Shown: piece by piece, positions 50,673-63,115 of the stretch | Layout of the letters: each line of letters opens with the position of its first letter | Numbering within the stretch: the stretch's first letter is position 1 | Assembly (NCBI RefSeq): GCF_963921235.1 | Contig: NC_086097.1 | Coordinates: forward strand, 95,172,001 to 95,236,000 | Direction: 5' to 3' | Origin: Mobula hypostoma | Taxonomy: Eukaryota | Length of the DNA stretch: 64,000 bases | Notes under the pieces: model-generated | Told to the model about the DNA's origin: nothing | What the model saw: the letters and a program-made list of their open reading frames with translations, nothing else | Databases searched by the model: none | Position numbers and translations under genes: made by a program

Positions 50673-51749
50673 CAGTGGATTCCAGTTAACTGGGACACAT
50701 CGGGACCAGTATATGTTGGCCTAATTAAGCAGCTGTCCCAATTAGCCATAGTTTCATGGAAATATTTAGAAAGATATAAAAGGAGTCAGCAAACAACAGG
50801 AATTCTGCAGATGCTGGAAATTCAAGCAACACACATCAAAGTTCCTGGTGAACGCAGCAGGCCAGGCAGCATCTCTAGGAAGAGGTACAGTCGATGTTCC
50901 AGGCTGAGACCCTTCGTGACGAAGATCCTGACGAAGGGTCTCGGCCTGAAACGTCGACTATACCTCTCCCTAGAGATGCTGCCTGGCCTGCTGCGTTCAC
51001 CAGCAACTTTGATGTGTGTTGCTTAAAAGGAGACAGACTCAGTAATAAATTATGTATTTAAATGAATACAGAACAAACTAGAATACTACAACTAGTACTA
51101 CAGTACTATAAAATTGTCTATTAGTCCCTAATAGTTATTGATGGAGGAATTCATCCAGTATGCGCTGACGTGTTCTTTAGATTGACTGTAAATGAACAAA
51201 ATCAGTGCAGACACCTAGTGTAGATAATGGACTGCCTTCGTACAATACTTTCGGCGATTGCATCCTCCAAATCTTCATTTTCATTGTAACATTCATGATG
51301 ATTGTCGATATCTTCAAATTCTTCACAGTTTCTAACTTATTGAAGTAGTGAAATCGTTTCATTTCCTCTCCCGGCTGTTTCTGGCATTTCCAAGCCTGAA
51401 TGCTTGAAACCGCAGTGAGCAAAATGGTTCTGAGTAGCCTTACTACTTATTTCTCCTCAACGATCAGTATCAAAAATCACCACATTTCAATACAAACACA
51501 TGCAACTGATGTTATTTACAAACAGTTTGCTCTAAGTGTGGGGTAGTGCCTAACAGCCACACAAGTGTACGTGACTGACACTAGTTAGAAACTGATAGGC
51601 TACAATCTCCTGCCACAATTAAGTGACATAGTGCCCCAAATAAATGAAGAGAATTCCAGCAATTTCTCAATTAGTTTATGCTTTTTAAGTGTTGTCCCAA
51701 ATAGGTGGTTGCTCTGATTAACCAAGGCCCAATTAACAGGAATCCACTG
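50673..51749 (-). mobile_element. Tigger/pogo-like non-autonomous DNA transposon
   Basis: TA-CAGTGGATTCCAGTTAACTGGG ... CCCAATTAACAGGAATCCACTG-TA. Minus-strand remnants QNHFAHCGFKH and acidic EDIDNHHECYNENEDLEDAI resemble a Tigger transposase C-terminus. Confidence 0.85.
50791..51023. mobile_element. ORF-less fold-back pLTR element (PLE family A) inserted in the Tigger-like element
   Basis: Arms ~50824-50917 / 50931-51023. Hammerhead core CTGACGAAGGGTCTCGGCCTGAAACGTCGACT at ~50928-50959. Flanks TAAAAGGAGTCAG (50777-) and TAAAAGGAGACAG (51024-). Confidence 0.88.
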
Positions 51750-51765
51750 TACATAAGAGAACTTA

Positions 51766-52295
51766 CAGTATTGTGCAAAACTTATAGGCACATATATATA
51801 GCTAGGGTGCCTAAGACTTTTGCCAGTACTATATTTGTCAATGTGGAGTGGAGGTGAGTTGCAATTCTAGCGGAAGCAAAGCATATTGGGGTTGGTGAGA
51901 ATGAAACACCACAGGAGGGGTGTGGGACGGGTGGCAGAGAAAGAGTGCCGGGGGGAGGGGTGGTGTGTGTGCACACACACCCAGCCCTGAGACACCAGGC
52001 AAGGTCATTTGATTCCAAACAATTGGTTTATTGATCATTATAGACTGTCTCTATGGTGCTTCCTGCTCCCTTCCCCTTTTCCCAACCATGATTCCCCTCT
52101 CCCTGTCCCCTTCCCACTCTCAGTCCATCATAGAGACCCTTATCAAAATCAGGTTTATCGTCACTCATATATGCCATGAAATTTGTTTTTTGTTTTGTGA
52201 CAGTGCAGTGCAATACATAAAATTACTACAGTACTGTGCAAAGGTTTTAGGAACCCTAGCTGTATATATGTGCCTAAGACTTTTGCACAGTACTG
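51766..52295. mobile_element. Composite Tc1/mariner-like MITE, copy 2 (complete)
   Basis: TA at both ends. Each end is a ~66-bp palindrome of CAGTACTGTGCAAAAGTCTTAGGCAC-type TIRs (51766-51831 and 52229-52295). Confidence 0.85.
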
Positions 52296-52297
52296 TA

Positions 52298-53225
52298 TAG
52301 ACATAGATTGATTGTATGTCCATAAAGTGACACCAGATACAGGAGTGTCTGTACGTCAGGTATCTCTGTCAGGATATGATAAAGTAGTGGTGATGAGGGA
52401 TGTGGTGGGGTGGGTTAGTGGGTGGAAGTATTGATCAGTCTTACTGCTGGGCCAAGGATCTGTTTTTGACTTTGATGGTCCTGGTGTGGACACAATGTAG
52501 CCTCCTCCCTGATAGGCCTGGAGAAACAATCCACGAACAGGGTGGGTGAGATCCTTCATGATTTTGCTGGTCTTTTCTGGCACCTTTCAGTACATACATC
52601 CTTGGTGGCCAGCAGGCAGGTATCACTGCAAACTGCTTTGGGCAGTTCTGACTACCTGTCTGCTTCAGTACAGTGTTCATGCCATGCAGAGATGCAGAAT
52701 GTTACGATGCTCTCTGCTGTGCATCTGTAGAATGACATGAGTAAAGATGAGCTCAATCCAGCTCTCTTCAGCCCCCTCAGAAATTAGAGGCACTGGTGAG
52801 CTTTCTTGATTGTGTAGAATATATTCTGGGACCATGAGAGGTTGTATGAGATGCACACTCTCAGGGGTTTGAAATTTCCACTGTTGTGCCGCAATGTAAA
52901 GAGGGGTGCAAGTGGTGTGGGTTTTCCAGACATCGATAACCATCTCCTTTGTCTTGTTGACAATAAGCAAGTGGCTATTTGTCTGGCTCCAGGCCTCAAG
53001 CTCTTCCAGTTCCTCTCTGTAGGCCGGTTCATCTTTGTTGGTGATGAGCCCCACCACTGTTGTGTCACAGGCGAACTTAACAATGTGATTACTCAGGTGT
53101 TTGGTGGTGCAGTCCTGCGTGAACAGATTGTACAGCAGTGGGCTTAGCACACAGCCCTGAGGGGGTAGTCATGTTGAGGATAATGGGGAGGGAGGAGTGG
53201 TTGTGCGAACTGACTATCTGAGGTA
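52298..53225 (-). mobile_element. Rex1/Babar LINE (second subfamily). Its 3' tail continues at ~50572-50672 beyond the nested DNA transposons
   Basis: ORF 52677-53150 contains LSPLLYNLFTQDC..IVKFACDTTVVGLITN..VNKTKEMVID. Confidence 0.85.
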
Positions 53226-54591
53226 AAGATATGGTATCATACTGTGCATCCAATCATACCATCAAAGAATTTAATACAAATCCCAGCTGCAAAAATGATA
53301 GCAAGACATTTAGTGCTGAGAGAGTGGGCTAAATTTTGCTAAAATTTCACCTGATTCATGCCAAAAAGTGGACAAATGGGTGAGGAAGAGTACAGGAGAT
53401 TGGAGTCAGCAGGGAACGAAGAGATTATTTTATTTAAAAATGCCTGGCCCTTGGTTTTAAATGTTGACACGATGTTATAGTTCCATACTGGAAGGGAAGG
53501 AAAACAGAAAAATGGAGGAGGATTGGAGCAATGCTGAAAACTCCTACGCTGGTTAGTGGCAGTACCTGCAACAATTCTGCCCAATTCATGGAACTTCATA
53601 TCGTTACACCTGCTGCTTTTGATCCAAAGCTGATTGTATTCGTGAAACTGACTGAGGCACTGGTGATTTGGAACACTTTCAGCCGTAACCCATTTGTGAG
53701 ACGTCTTGGAGTTTGAACATGAACCTGGAGTTGAGACAGCTGAGGTACGGTTGGCAATGGTAAAGTAGTGAAAATCCAGCAGAGATAGGTCACCACAAGA
53801 AAATAAACAAACAGTTCCCCCCTCTATACACCAGCCAAACTTACTGCCTGCATCCAGCACTGTCCCATTTACCTGCTGGCCATTGGCTTCATGATCTACA
53901 CAGGCCCTTGGTCTGTCAAGCCTAATTTCTAAATACCTGCTTCCAATTACCTCACCATTCTCAATCTCTGAGAACCACCCACCAAGATTTCTGCACTCTG
54001 CCAATTCCAGCAAATTTGATATTCCTTTCTTTCATTGTTGGCTGTGCCTTGGGCTGCCCAAATCCCTAATCTATGGAATTCACTCCCTACACCTCTCCAT
54101 CTCTCATATTTTTCTGTTAATCCCAATACCATGCTCTCTGACTGAACTTTTGCCCATTTCTCTTAAAAAAAAGTAAGTGCCAGCAAATGCTTTGCACTAT
54201 TTAACGTGAATCCCCAACAAAGGAATTTGCAAGGCAGTTTACAATCAATCTTCTGACAGATAGTAAGCTGCTTTCATTTGGAATGTACTTACTGAATGGG
54301 TGGTGGGTGCAGATTCAATAGCAACTTTCAGTAAGTAATTGGATCAATTCCCTAAGAGAAAACAACTGCAGGGCTACCAGCTGCAAAGCTAAACTCTTTG
54401 AACAAAAATGCAAAAAAAAAAAGAGCAATCAAAATGTTGGGAGTACAGTACATACCTCCAAATAGTCTGAGGGAAACTTGGGAACTCACTGTAGATGAAT
54501 GTCTGGTGAGTGCAAAAGCACTTGTGCAGTAATAGTTGGGGGTTTCAATTATTCTGGGATACAATAAGCGTAAAAGATAATAGGTATCTTA

Positions 54592-54860
54592 AGAGCAACA
54601 GATAAAATGCTGGAGGAACTCAGTGGGTCAGGAAGCATTCGGGGAGGGAAATGGACAGTTGATGTTTTGGGTTGAGATCCTTCATCAGGCCTGGACAGAG
54701 GAGGGATAGCCAATAGAACAAGAAAAGGAGTGGGGCATGGACTGGTGGATGATAAGTAGATTCGGATGAGGGGGCAGAGTTGGAATGATGTAAGAGGCTG
54801 TGAGCTGGATAGGTAGAAGTGACAAAAGGGCTGAAGTAGATCGGATCTGATAGGACAGCA
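54592..54860 (-). mobile_element. Degenerate solo PLE pLTR with a decayed hammerhead (~54656-54694)
   Basis: Minus strand CAGGCCTGATGAAGGATCTCAACCCAAAACATCAACTG, followed by the pLTR 3' end. Confidence 0.65.
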
Positions 54861-55835
54861 ATCAGAATCAGGATATATAAATAGTGCCAAGAGAGCAAAA
54901 TATCGAGATAATGTTGATAGTTTCTTAGCCCATTTAGAAATCTGGGCAGAGGGGGAAGAAGCAATTTCTGAAACATTGAGTGTGTGCCTTCAGGCCCCTA
55001 GACCTCCGCTCTGAAAGTAGCAATGAAAAGAAGGCATGCCCTGGTGGGGGTCCTTAATTTTTTGAGGCATCACCTTTTGAAGGTGTCCTTGATGATGCGG
55101 AAGCTAGTGCCCGTGATGGAGCTGGAGGAGCTTAGAACTTTCTGCAGCTTCTTCCGATCCTCTGCATTGGAATCACCTTAGAGGACGGTGATACAACCAG
55201 TCAAAATGCTCTTTACAGTACATCTGTAGAAATACTAAATCTCCGAAATCTCTGAATGAAATATAACTGCAGGCATGCCTTCTTTGTAATTGCATCAATA
55301 TGTTGGGCCCAAGATCGATCTCCAGGGATGTTCATAACCAGGAACTTGAAACTGCTTACCCTTTCAACTGCTGATCTGTTGAGGACTGGTGTGTCCCCTC
55401 CACCTACCCTTCCTGAAGTCTACAACCAATTCCATGGTCTTACTGATGTTGAGTGCAAGGTTGTCGCTGTGATATCATTTAACCATCTGGTCTATCTCAC
55501 TCCTGCATGCCTTCTCATCACCATCTGAGATTCTGCCGACAACTGTTGTATCACTGCCGAATTTATAGATGGCTTTTGTGCTGTGTTTAGCCACACGGTC
55601 ATGGTTGTACAGACAGTAGAACAGCAGGCTAAGCATGCACCTTTGAGGTGGGTCAGTGTTGATTGTCAGCGAGGAACAGATGTTATTTCCAATCCACACT
55701 AACTGTGGTCCTCAAACGAGGAATTCAAGGAACCAGGGGCAGAAGAAAGTACAGAGGCCCAAGATTTGAAACTTGTTGATGAGGACTGATGGGCTGATGG
55801 TGTTAACACTGAGTTGTTAATCAATAAACAGCAAC
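54861..55835 (-). mobile_element. Degenerate Rex1/Babar LINE 3' part
   Basis: Encodes AIYKFGSDTTVVGRISDGDE. Homologous to 30513-31700. Confidence 0.8.
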
Positions 55836-56029
55836 CTGAACATGGAGTAAAGGTAAGGAGGTGAGAAGGTAAACTGGAGGGAGGAATATCTGGGTGAAGG
55901 AGGGGAAGATGGAGATGGAGTCGGTAGGAAAAAAAGTGGGTGAGGTAGGAAAATGGAGGGACTGTGAACAAAGGCCTACATTTCTTACCTTAAGAGGCCT
56001 CAATTTAATTGAAGAATATTTGTTTTAAT

Positions 56030-57300
56030 CAGCCCAAAAACAAGACAAAAGGCTAACTCTTGTTTTAGCTGCAGAGAATGAAATTGGGCAGGTGAAAGGA
56101 AGACTGGTGGGAGAATGTTCATAGGTAGCAAAGAAAATTGAAGAAAAGGTTCTAAATCGGGGAAAGGTTAAATCAATGAGACTGATCAACAATTTAACAA
56201 AAGTGGACTGGGAATAACTATTTGAGGCTAAAAATCGATCTGAGAGCAATGAGACCCAAGGTGGACAATCTTGGGGTTCAGGGTGAAGATACTTGAACAA
56301 AGGAAGTGGGTGGATCAATTTTAATTTGGTCCCCAAATGCGCAGATGAACAGATGTTTAAGAAAAACCTAAACAAAAGAAGCTTTGCTGAAACACCAATA
56401 AGTTAATAGTACAGAAACCCAAGAAAAATACAAAAAATGCAGGTGAGAAATAAAAATGGAAATTAAGAAACTGAAGATGATATAAAAAAATTATAGGCAA
56501 GGAAAATCTAAAGATGCTTTGTATGTACATAAAGAGCAAGAACATGATTAAGTAAAAAATCAAGAACCTGTTCAGGAAAAGGGTATCTGGCATAGAGGTG
56601 CAGCCTGTGGGCAGGTTTCTTAGTTAATATTTTCTGATCATTTTCACTGAAGAATAGGATGATGGCATCACTCGGTTACGTAAGAATATGAAGTTGGATA
56701 AGTATATATATATATATTTTTTTAAAAGTATTAAAGGATTAATCAGCTTTGAAAAGGGATAAATTATGAGACTTGGATACAATACATGCTAAGCTATTAA
56801 AAGATGCAAGGAAGCAATTGCAAAGACCATAATTCTTCAGTGCATCTTGACTATAAGAATGATACTTGAGGACTGAAAAGCTCTAACAAACCTTTGTATT
56901 AATAAAGGAAAGAAGAGATAAATTGACTATTACAGGCCATTTCAATTAACCCTGGTCATGGAAACCATGGGAATATTAATACGTACTGTATAGTGCACCT
57001 TTAAAGCCAGCTTCATGTCATGTCTCTTAGGCCTGAATCGACGACCTCCCCCTCCCCTCATGTCATGTGGAACTTTAGGTACATTATGGCACTCTGACGC
57101 AGCAATTTAGTTCTGTGACTGCCTTCAATAAAAGCGCAACCTCTTATGCGAGTTGGCAACATAAAGGAACCTACAAACACTACAAGCACAAATATTCTTT
57201 TAAAATAGAAAGCATCAATAAATTGTCTGATTAAAACTATTGAGGACAGAACAAGGAGAATCAATGAAGACAGAGTATTGAAGTAGTCCACATGGATTTT
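56030..57300 (+). mobile_element. Very old CR1-like internal fragments
   Basis: Fragmentary signatures (ACTATTACAGGCCATTTCAATTAACC, a NYRPV-like motif; GTAGTCCACATGGATTTT, a VYMDF-like motif). Appears to continue near 59275-59600. Confidence 0.4.
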
Positions 57301-59270
57301 ATAAGACCATAAGACAAAGGAGCAGAATTAGGCCATTTGGCCCATCGGGTCTGCTCCACCATTCAATCATGGCTAATCCTTTTTTCCTCTCCTCAGCCCC
57401 ACTTCCCGGCCTTCTCTCCGTAACCTTTGATGTCATGGCCAATCAAGAACCTATCAATCACCACCTTAAATACACCCAACGAACTGGCCTCCGCAACTGC
57501 CTGTGGTAACAAATTCCACAAATTCACCATCCTCTGGCTAAAGAAATTTCTCTGCATTTGTTTTAAATGGATTCCCCTCTATCCTGAGGCTGTGCCATCT
57601 CGTCTTAAGACTCTGCCAGCACGGGAAACATCCTTTCCGCATCTACTCCATCTAGGCTTTTCAATAGTCGAAAGGTTTCAATCAGATACTCCCCTCATTC
57701 TTTTAAATTCCAGCCAGTACAGGCCCAGAACCATCAAACATTCCTCGTATGATAACCCTTTCATTCCCAGAACCATCCTTGTGGCTCTCCTCAGAACCCT
57801 CTCCAAATGCCAGCACACCTTTTCTTAGATAAGGAGCCCAAAACTGTTCACAATACTCAAAGTGAGGACTCACCAGTGCCTTATAAAGCCTCAATATCAA
57901 TTCCTGTTCTTATAATTTAGACCTCTTGAAATGAATGCTCACAATGCATTTGCCTTCCTCAACATTCAAGTTAACCTTTAGGGTGTTATGCACAAGGACT
58001 CCCAAGTCCCTTTGCTTCTCAGATTTTTGGATTTTCTCCCCATTTAGAAAGTAGTCTGCACATGTATTTCTTCTACCAAAGTGCATGACCATACATTTTT
58101 CAACACCTACCACCCCACCAGCCTCCACGTCCAGCACATAATTCTCAGAAACTTCTGCCATCTCCAATGGGATCTCACCACCAATCACATCTTTCGTTCC
58201 CCCCCACCACCCCACTTTCTGCTTTCAGCAGGGATCGCTCCCTGCACAAATCCCTTGTCCATTTGTCCCTCCCCACTGATCCCCCTCCTGGCACTTATCC
58301 TTGCAAGCTGAATAAGTGCTATACCTGCCCCTACACCTCCTCCCTCACTACCATTCAGGGTCCTAAACAGTCCTTCCAGGTGAGGCGACACTTCACCTGT
58401 GAGTCTGTTGGGGTCATTTACTGTGTTCAGTGCTCCTAATGTGGCCTCCTGTACATCAGTGAGACCCAATGTAGATTGGGAGACCGCTTAGTTGAGCAAC
58501 TACACTCTATCTGTAAGAAAATACGGGATCTCCCAGTGGCCACCCATTTTAATTCCACTTCCATTCCCATTCCGATATGTTTATTCATGGCCTCCTCCAC
58601 TGTCATGATGAGCCACATCTAGGTTGGAAGAATAGCACCTTATATTCCGTTTGGGTAACCTCCAACCTGATGGAATGAACAGTGATTTCTTGAACTTCTG
58701 ATAATCCTTCCCCCACTTCACCATTCCCCTTCCCTTTGCCCTCCCTCACATTATCTCATTGCCCGCCCATCACCTCCTTCTGGTGCTTCTCCCCCTTTTT
58801 CTTTCTTCCATGGTCTTCTATATCTTTCACCTATCATTATTTCCCAGCTCTTTATTTCATCCCTTCAAGTTTCACTTATCACCTTGCGTTTCTCTTTCCC
58901 CTCCCCCCACCACCTTTTAAATCTATTCCTCAGCTTTTTTACTCCCGCCCTACTGAAGGGTCTCCGCCTGAAACGTTGACTGTACTCTTTTCCATTGATG
59001 CTGCTTGGCCTGTTGAGTTCCTCCAGCATTTTGTGTGTGTGTTGCTTGGATTTCCTACATCTGCATATTTTCTCTTGTTTGAGATTGTATTTCGTTTGCC
59101 ACTTTCTTGCTCTTTCTCTTAATCTAAGTCCTTCTGCAGCCTAGTTGCTTCCCCAAGACTACCTGCTCCTCCATCAGTCTTCGTATCATCTGCAGACTTG
59201 GCAACAAAGCCATCTATTCCATCATCTAAATCACTGATACACAGCATAAAAAGAAGCGGTCCCAACACCG
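57301..59270 (-). mobile_element. CR1 LINE 3' end (57301-58105 and 59085-59270) interrupted by a PLE fragment
   Basis: LRLYKALVSPHFEYCEQFWAPYLRK and KCMVMHFGRRN..QRDLGVLVH. Tail (TTATGGTC)-like. Confidence 0.88.
58106..59084 (+). mobile_element. PLE 3' fragment (GIY-YIG plus pLTR, decayed hammerhead ~58945-58982)
   Basis: TYHPTSLHVQHIILRNF and PGTYPCKLNKCYTCPY..VGVIYCVQC. The pLTR matches 35510-35757. Confidence 0.9.
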
Positions 59271-59639
59271 AAAAGTGTTGAAAGGTTTAGAAAGGTTTTT
59301 GAGAAGATCTCACATGGCAGGCTAGGGAAAAAAAAATTACAAGCTCAGGGGCCCATGAGAGTGGCAAACTATCCCAGTGGCAGGGGTAAACAGTGATGGT
59401 TGATGATTGGAAGGCTTTTACTATTAGCTCAACAGGGCTGTGGTTGCTTCCTTGCTATTTGTGTTATTTAGTAATGATCTGGACCTAAATGTAGAGGACT
59501 TAACAAGAAAGTTTAAAATAATACAAAAATGACTTTATGATTGACAGGGAGGAGGAAAACTTTGGATTGCAGGTAGGAAAACAGTAGAAGAAAATTTCAA
59601 CCATCCAAGTGCACTTTCCTATATACAAGTCCTCGATGG

Positions 59640-60250
59640 CATTGAGCAGTTTTGACTATATGTTGTAGAACCCTCCTGTCCGCCGCAGTACAGTTCCATA
59701 CCATGCGGTGATGCAGCATGTGAGGATCCTCTCTACTGTGCATCTATAGGTCGTGACTATTGATCTGCATTGTCCAACTCTCTTCAGGCTCCTCGGAAAG
59801 CAGAGGCATTGGTGAGCTTTCTTGATTGTGTAGGATGTGTTCTGGGACCATGAGAGGTTGTGCAAGATGTGCACTCCCAAGAGTTTGATGTAAAGGGTGG
59901 TGTGAGTACTCCTGAAGTCAATATCCATCTCCCTTGTCTTGTCAACATAGAGGAAAAAGTCATTTGCCTGACAGCAGGCTTCAAGCTCTTCGACCTCCTC
60001 TCATCGTTGTTGGTGATGAGCCCCACCACTGTCGTGTCATCGCCAAACTTGACATGTGATCAATGCGGTTACTCGGGTATTTGGCCGTGGAATCATGTGT
60101 GAGCAGAGTGTACAGCAGTGAGCTCAGCATACAGCCTTTGGGGGCACCCGTATTGAGGATGATAGGTAGGGAGGGGTGGTTGTGTAACCTAAATCTCTGA
60201 GGTTTGTTGGTTAAGAAGTCCAACACCTAGTTGCACAGTGGTGTATTTAG
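59640..60250 (-). mobile_element. Rex1/Babar LINE RT fragment
   Basis: LDFLTNKPQ..LNTGAPKGCMLSSLLYTLLTHD and LGVHILHNLSWSQNT..KKAHQCL. Confidence 0.8.
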
Positions 60251-60259
60251 ACAGGGGAG

Positions 60260-61000
60260 TTTTGGTCACCACATTCCAGTAGAAATGTGATTGCACTAGA
60301 GACACTTCAGAGGAGATTTATGAGGATGTCACTCAGGTTGGAAAGCTGTAGAGAAAGATTGCACAAGCTCTGATTCTTTGGAACTATGGTGCCTCAAATG
60401 TTTACACATAGCAATAAAATACAGAAGGCCCGTAAACCAGGGAAAGATGTAACCTATTGGGGAGATAAAGGCCCTTTTTCATCCAGTGGGCAGTGACAGT
60501 CTAGAACTCACTTCCGAAAGGACAGAGGAGGCAGAAATTTTAATCACATTTATACATTATTTAGATGAATATTTAAAGAGCTTTGATGCCAGGGCTACTG
60601 ACAATGAACTGGAAGGTGGGGTTAGGCCAGGAACCTTTTTTTTAAACCATCATGGACGTGTCAGTTTCCCAGCCACATTCAGTCTTACAAATTCTCTATG
60701 ATTCTCAGTCACAGTATCATACAGTGAGGAAACAGGCCCTTCCACTCTCAAGTCCATGCTAACAATCAAACACCCATTAACACCAGTCCCATTTTATTCT
60801 CCCCACACCTCCATCAGCTCTCCACTTATTCTGGCACTCACCTGTACATTTAATTGTGGCCATTTAAACCACCAGCCCACACATATTTGGGATATGGGAG
60901 GAAACTCACATGGCATAGAGAGAAGAGGCAAACTTCATGTGGACAGTACCGCAGATCAGCATTGAACTGGGTCTCTGGAGCTGTGTGTCAGTAGCTCCAG
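60260..61000. mobile_element. Degenerate CR1 3' fragment (+, ~60260-60700) followed by a V-SINE-like element (-, ~60710-61000)
   Basis: TTTTGGTCACCACAT..CAGAGGAGATTTATGAGGATG and the ATTCTCTATGATTCT tail. SINE reverse-complement V-domain. Confidence 0.5.
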
Positions 61001-62019
61001 TTCTATGAAGAGTGTGGAGGAGAAGAGCTGATCTGATAGATATTTCAAAGAGCCTGAAAAAGCACATAGATTTGACCAATAGAAAGATTCAATGATTTGA
61101 AGTGCATTTTTTATTTATTGAGAAAATAAATAATGCTTTTCCTGGCAACTACTGCTACTAGAAAATTGAAGAATTCTATGTACCACCTATAGATAAATAA
61201 ATCTTACTGTAGTAGAATCTGGATTTTACAATCTATGTGTCTCTAGCTTTTTATGTCAAGGGAAAATACCTGAAAAATAACCTCTGTCCTGTTGCTGTTG
61301 TTTGTTGTTGTTTCTTCACAACACAACCAAATGTCACTTAATAAAATCTGTGCTAAATTCCACTTAAACAACTTTCGATTAAACTTACTACAATCACGCT
61401 GTCTGAACACTGCATCCACAACTTTAGATTTTTAGCAGGCTGTTTAAAGAAAGGATGCAAGCTCTTTCGTTTTCTAAATAATGGCAATGATTCCTCAAGC
61501 AGGGAAGTTGCATTAATCCTTTTACAAATAACTGGTTAAGTCCCCACTGAATTATTGCTGCCATTTTGGGACATCACATGCGAAGAAGGCCTTGCTGAGA
61601 TGGAAGCCTTCAGTTATGTGGAAGGAACTGGAAACTGAGTGTGCTGTTGTTCAACCGGAGACCCAGTAATGCAATTCAAAATTATAATGAGTTTTAAAGG
61701 AGCAATGAGGAGAGACTTTTTTTTATCAGTTTTATATGAATCAGTAACCAGAGTTTACAGAACATGATTGACAAAAGAGACGTGAGAGAAGGAGATTTTT
61801 AAAAAATTAGAGTTGGAGGGCACTAAGAGATGGAGGATGCCAATTCAACAGAACTTTGCATTTATAACAAAATGAAACGGCCCATTAAATCCATGCTGGG
61901 TCCCGAAGAGCAATCACATCAATCCAATTTTATCTCCCCTTATTTCCCTGTATCCCTGGAACTTATTAGCTTGTACATATACCCATCAATTTCCCCTTTA
62001 AGCTTTTTTTTTGTCATTG

Positions 62020-63115
62020 ACCCACAGCACGTTTAAGATATGTGAGGAAACCCACACAGTCAGAGAAAGAACAGGGATACTCTGTCCAGGCAAAAGGTGA
62101 GGCCGGAATCTAAACCGGGTTCCTACAGCTCTGAGGCTGCTGCACAAACTGGGTAAGTAACTGACAGGAAAATTTTGGAGTGTTATTGTGAAAGAGCCAG
62201 AGATCAGGAACTGAGCAATTAACTCTTTTAGACAGCCAGTTTAGATGCAGAGGGACAATTTTTTTGTGCATCCACAAAGCCCATCATTTAATACCCATCA
62301 CTAAATGCCCTTGAATAGATGATGGTGGTGAAGGCAGAGTTCCAGGTGTTTGACACAGTGACAACAAAGCTATGAAAGTGCCTTTTGAAGTCAGGTATTA
62401 CACTAATTCGACATTAATCCCACATTCCCATTCTCTCCAGTTTCTACTGCTTACTTACCCACGAGAAAAAATTTGCAGTGGGCATTAACCCCTAAAGGTG
62501 CATATCTTTGAGGGCAAGAAAGGAAACTGGAGTACCCGGAGGAAAACTACACATTTACAGGGAGAATATGCAAATGTCACACAGACAGCATCTGAGATCA
62601 GGGCTAAACCCGTGTCCCTGGAGTTGTGAGGCAGTGGCTATACTGGCTATGCCACTGTGCTGCCTAATATGTTAACTACTCCTCCTTCTTCAAAAATTGT
62701 CTGGCATTCCAAGTATTTCCTTACTTTATGTTTGTATTTCAGACTTCCAATACACACAATATTTCACATTTATTTTAATTCAGGACATTCTTTTGTTACT
62801 TAAAGAAAAGATCTAAAGCTTAGCTTCATTGCAATATACAGTGAAATGCATTATTTGCATCAACAGTCCAGGGATATGCTGGGCAACAGCCCTCAAGTGT
62901 CAGCATGCTTCCAGTGCCAATGTCGCATGCCCACAATTTACTGACCCTAACTCATACACTTATGGAATGTGGGAGGAAACCAGAGCACCCAGAGAAAATG
63001 CACGCGGTAATGAGGAGAATGTACAAATTCTTACAGACATCAATGGGAAATGAACTCCAATCTTCCAATTGCTAGGACAGTAAAGTGTTATGCTAACGGC
63101 TAAGCTACTATGTCA
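62020..63115 (-). mobile_element. Cluster of three V-SINE-like elements (~62020-62150, 62400-62666, 62830-63115)
   Basis: Repeated GGAAACTGGAGTACCCGGAGGAAA / GGAGGAAACCAGAGCACCCAGAGAAAA (reverse-complement V-domain). Confidence 0.6.

Noticed and set aside
53339..54013. 224-aa ORF in mostly unique sequence
   Set aside because: No recognisable domain, a non-ATG start within repeat-like sequence, and no convincing splice structure.
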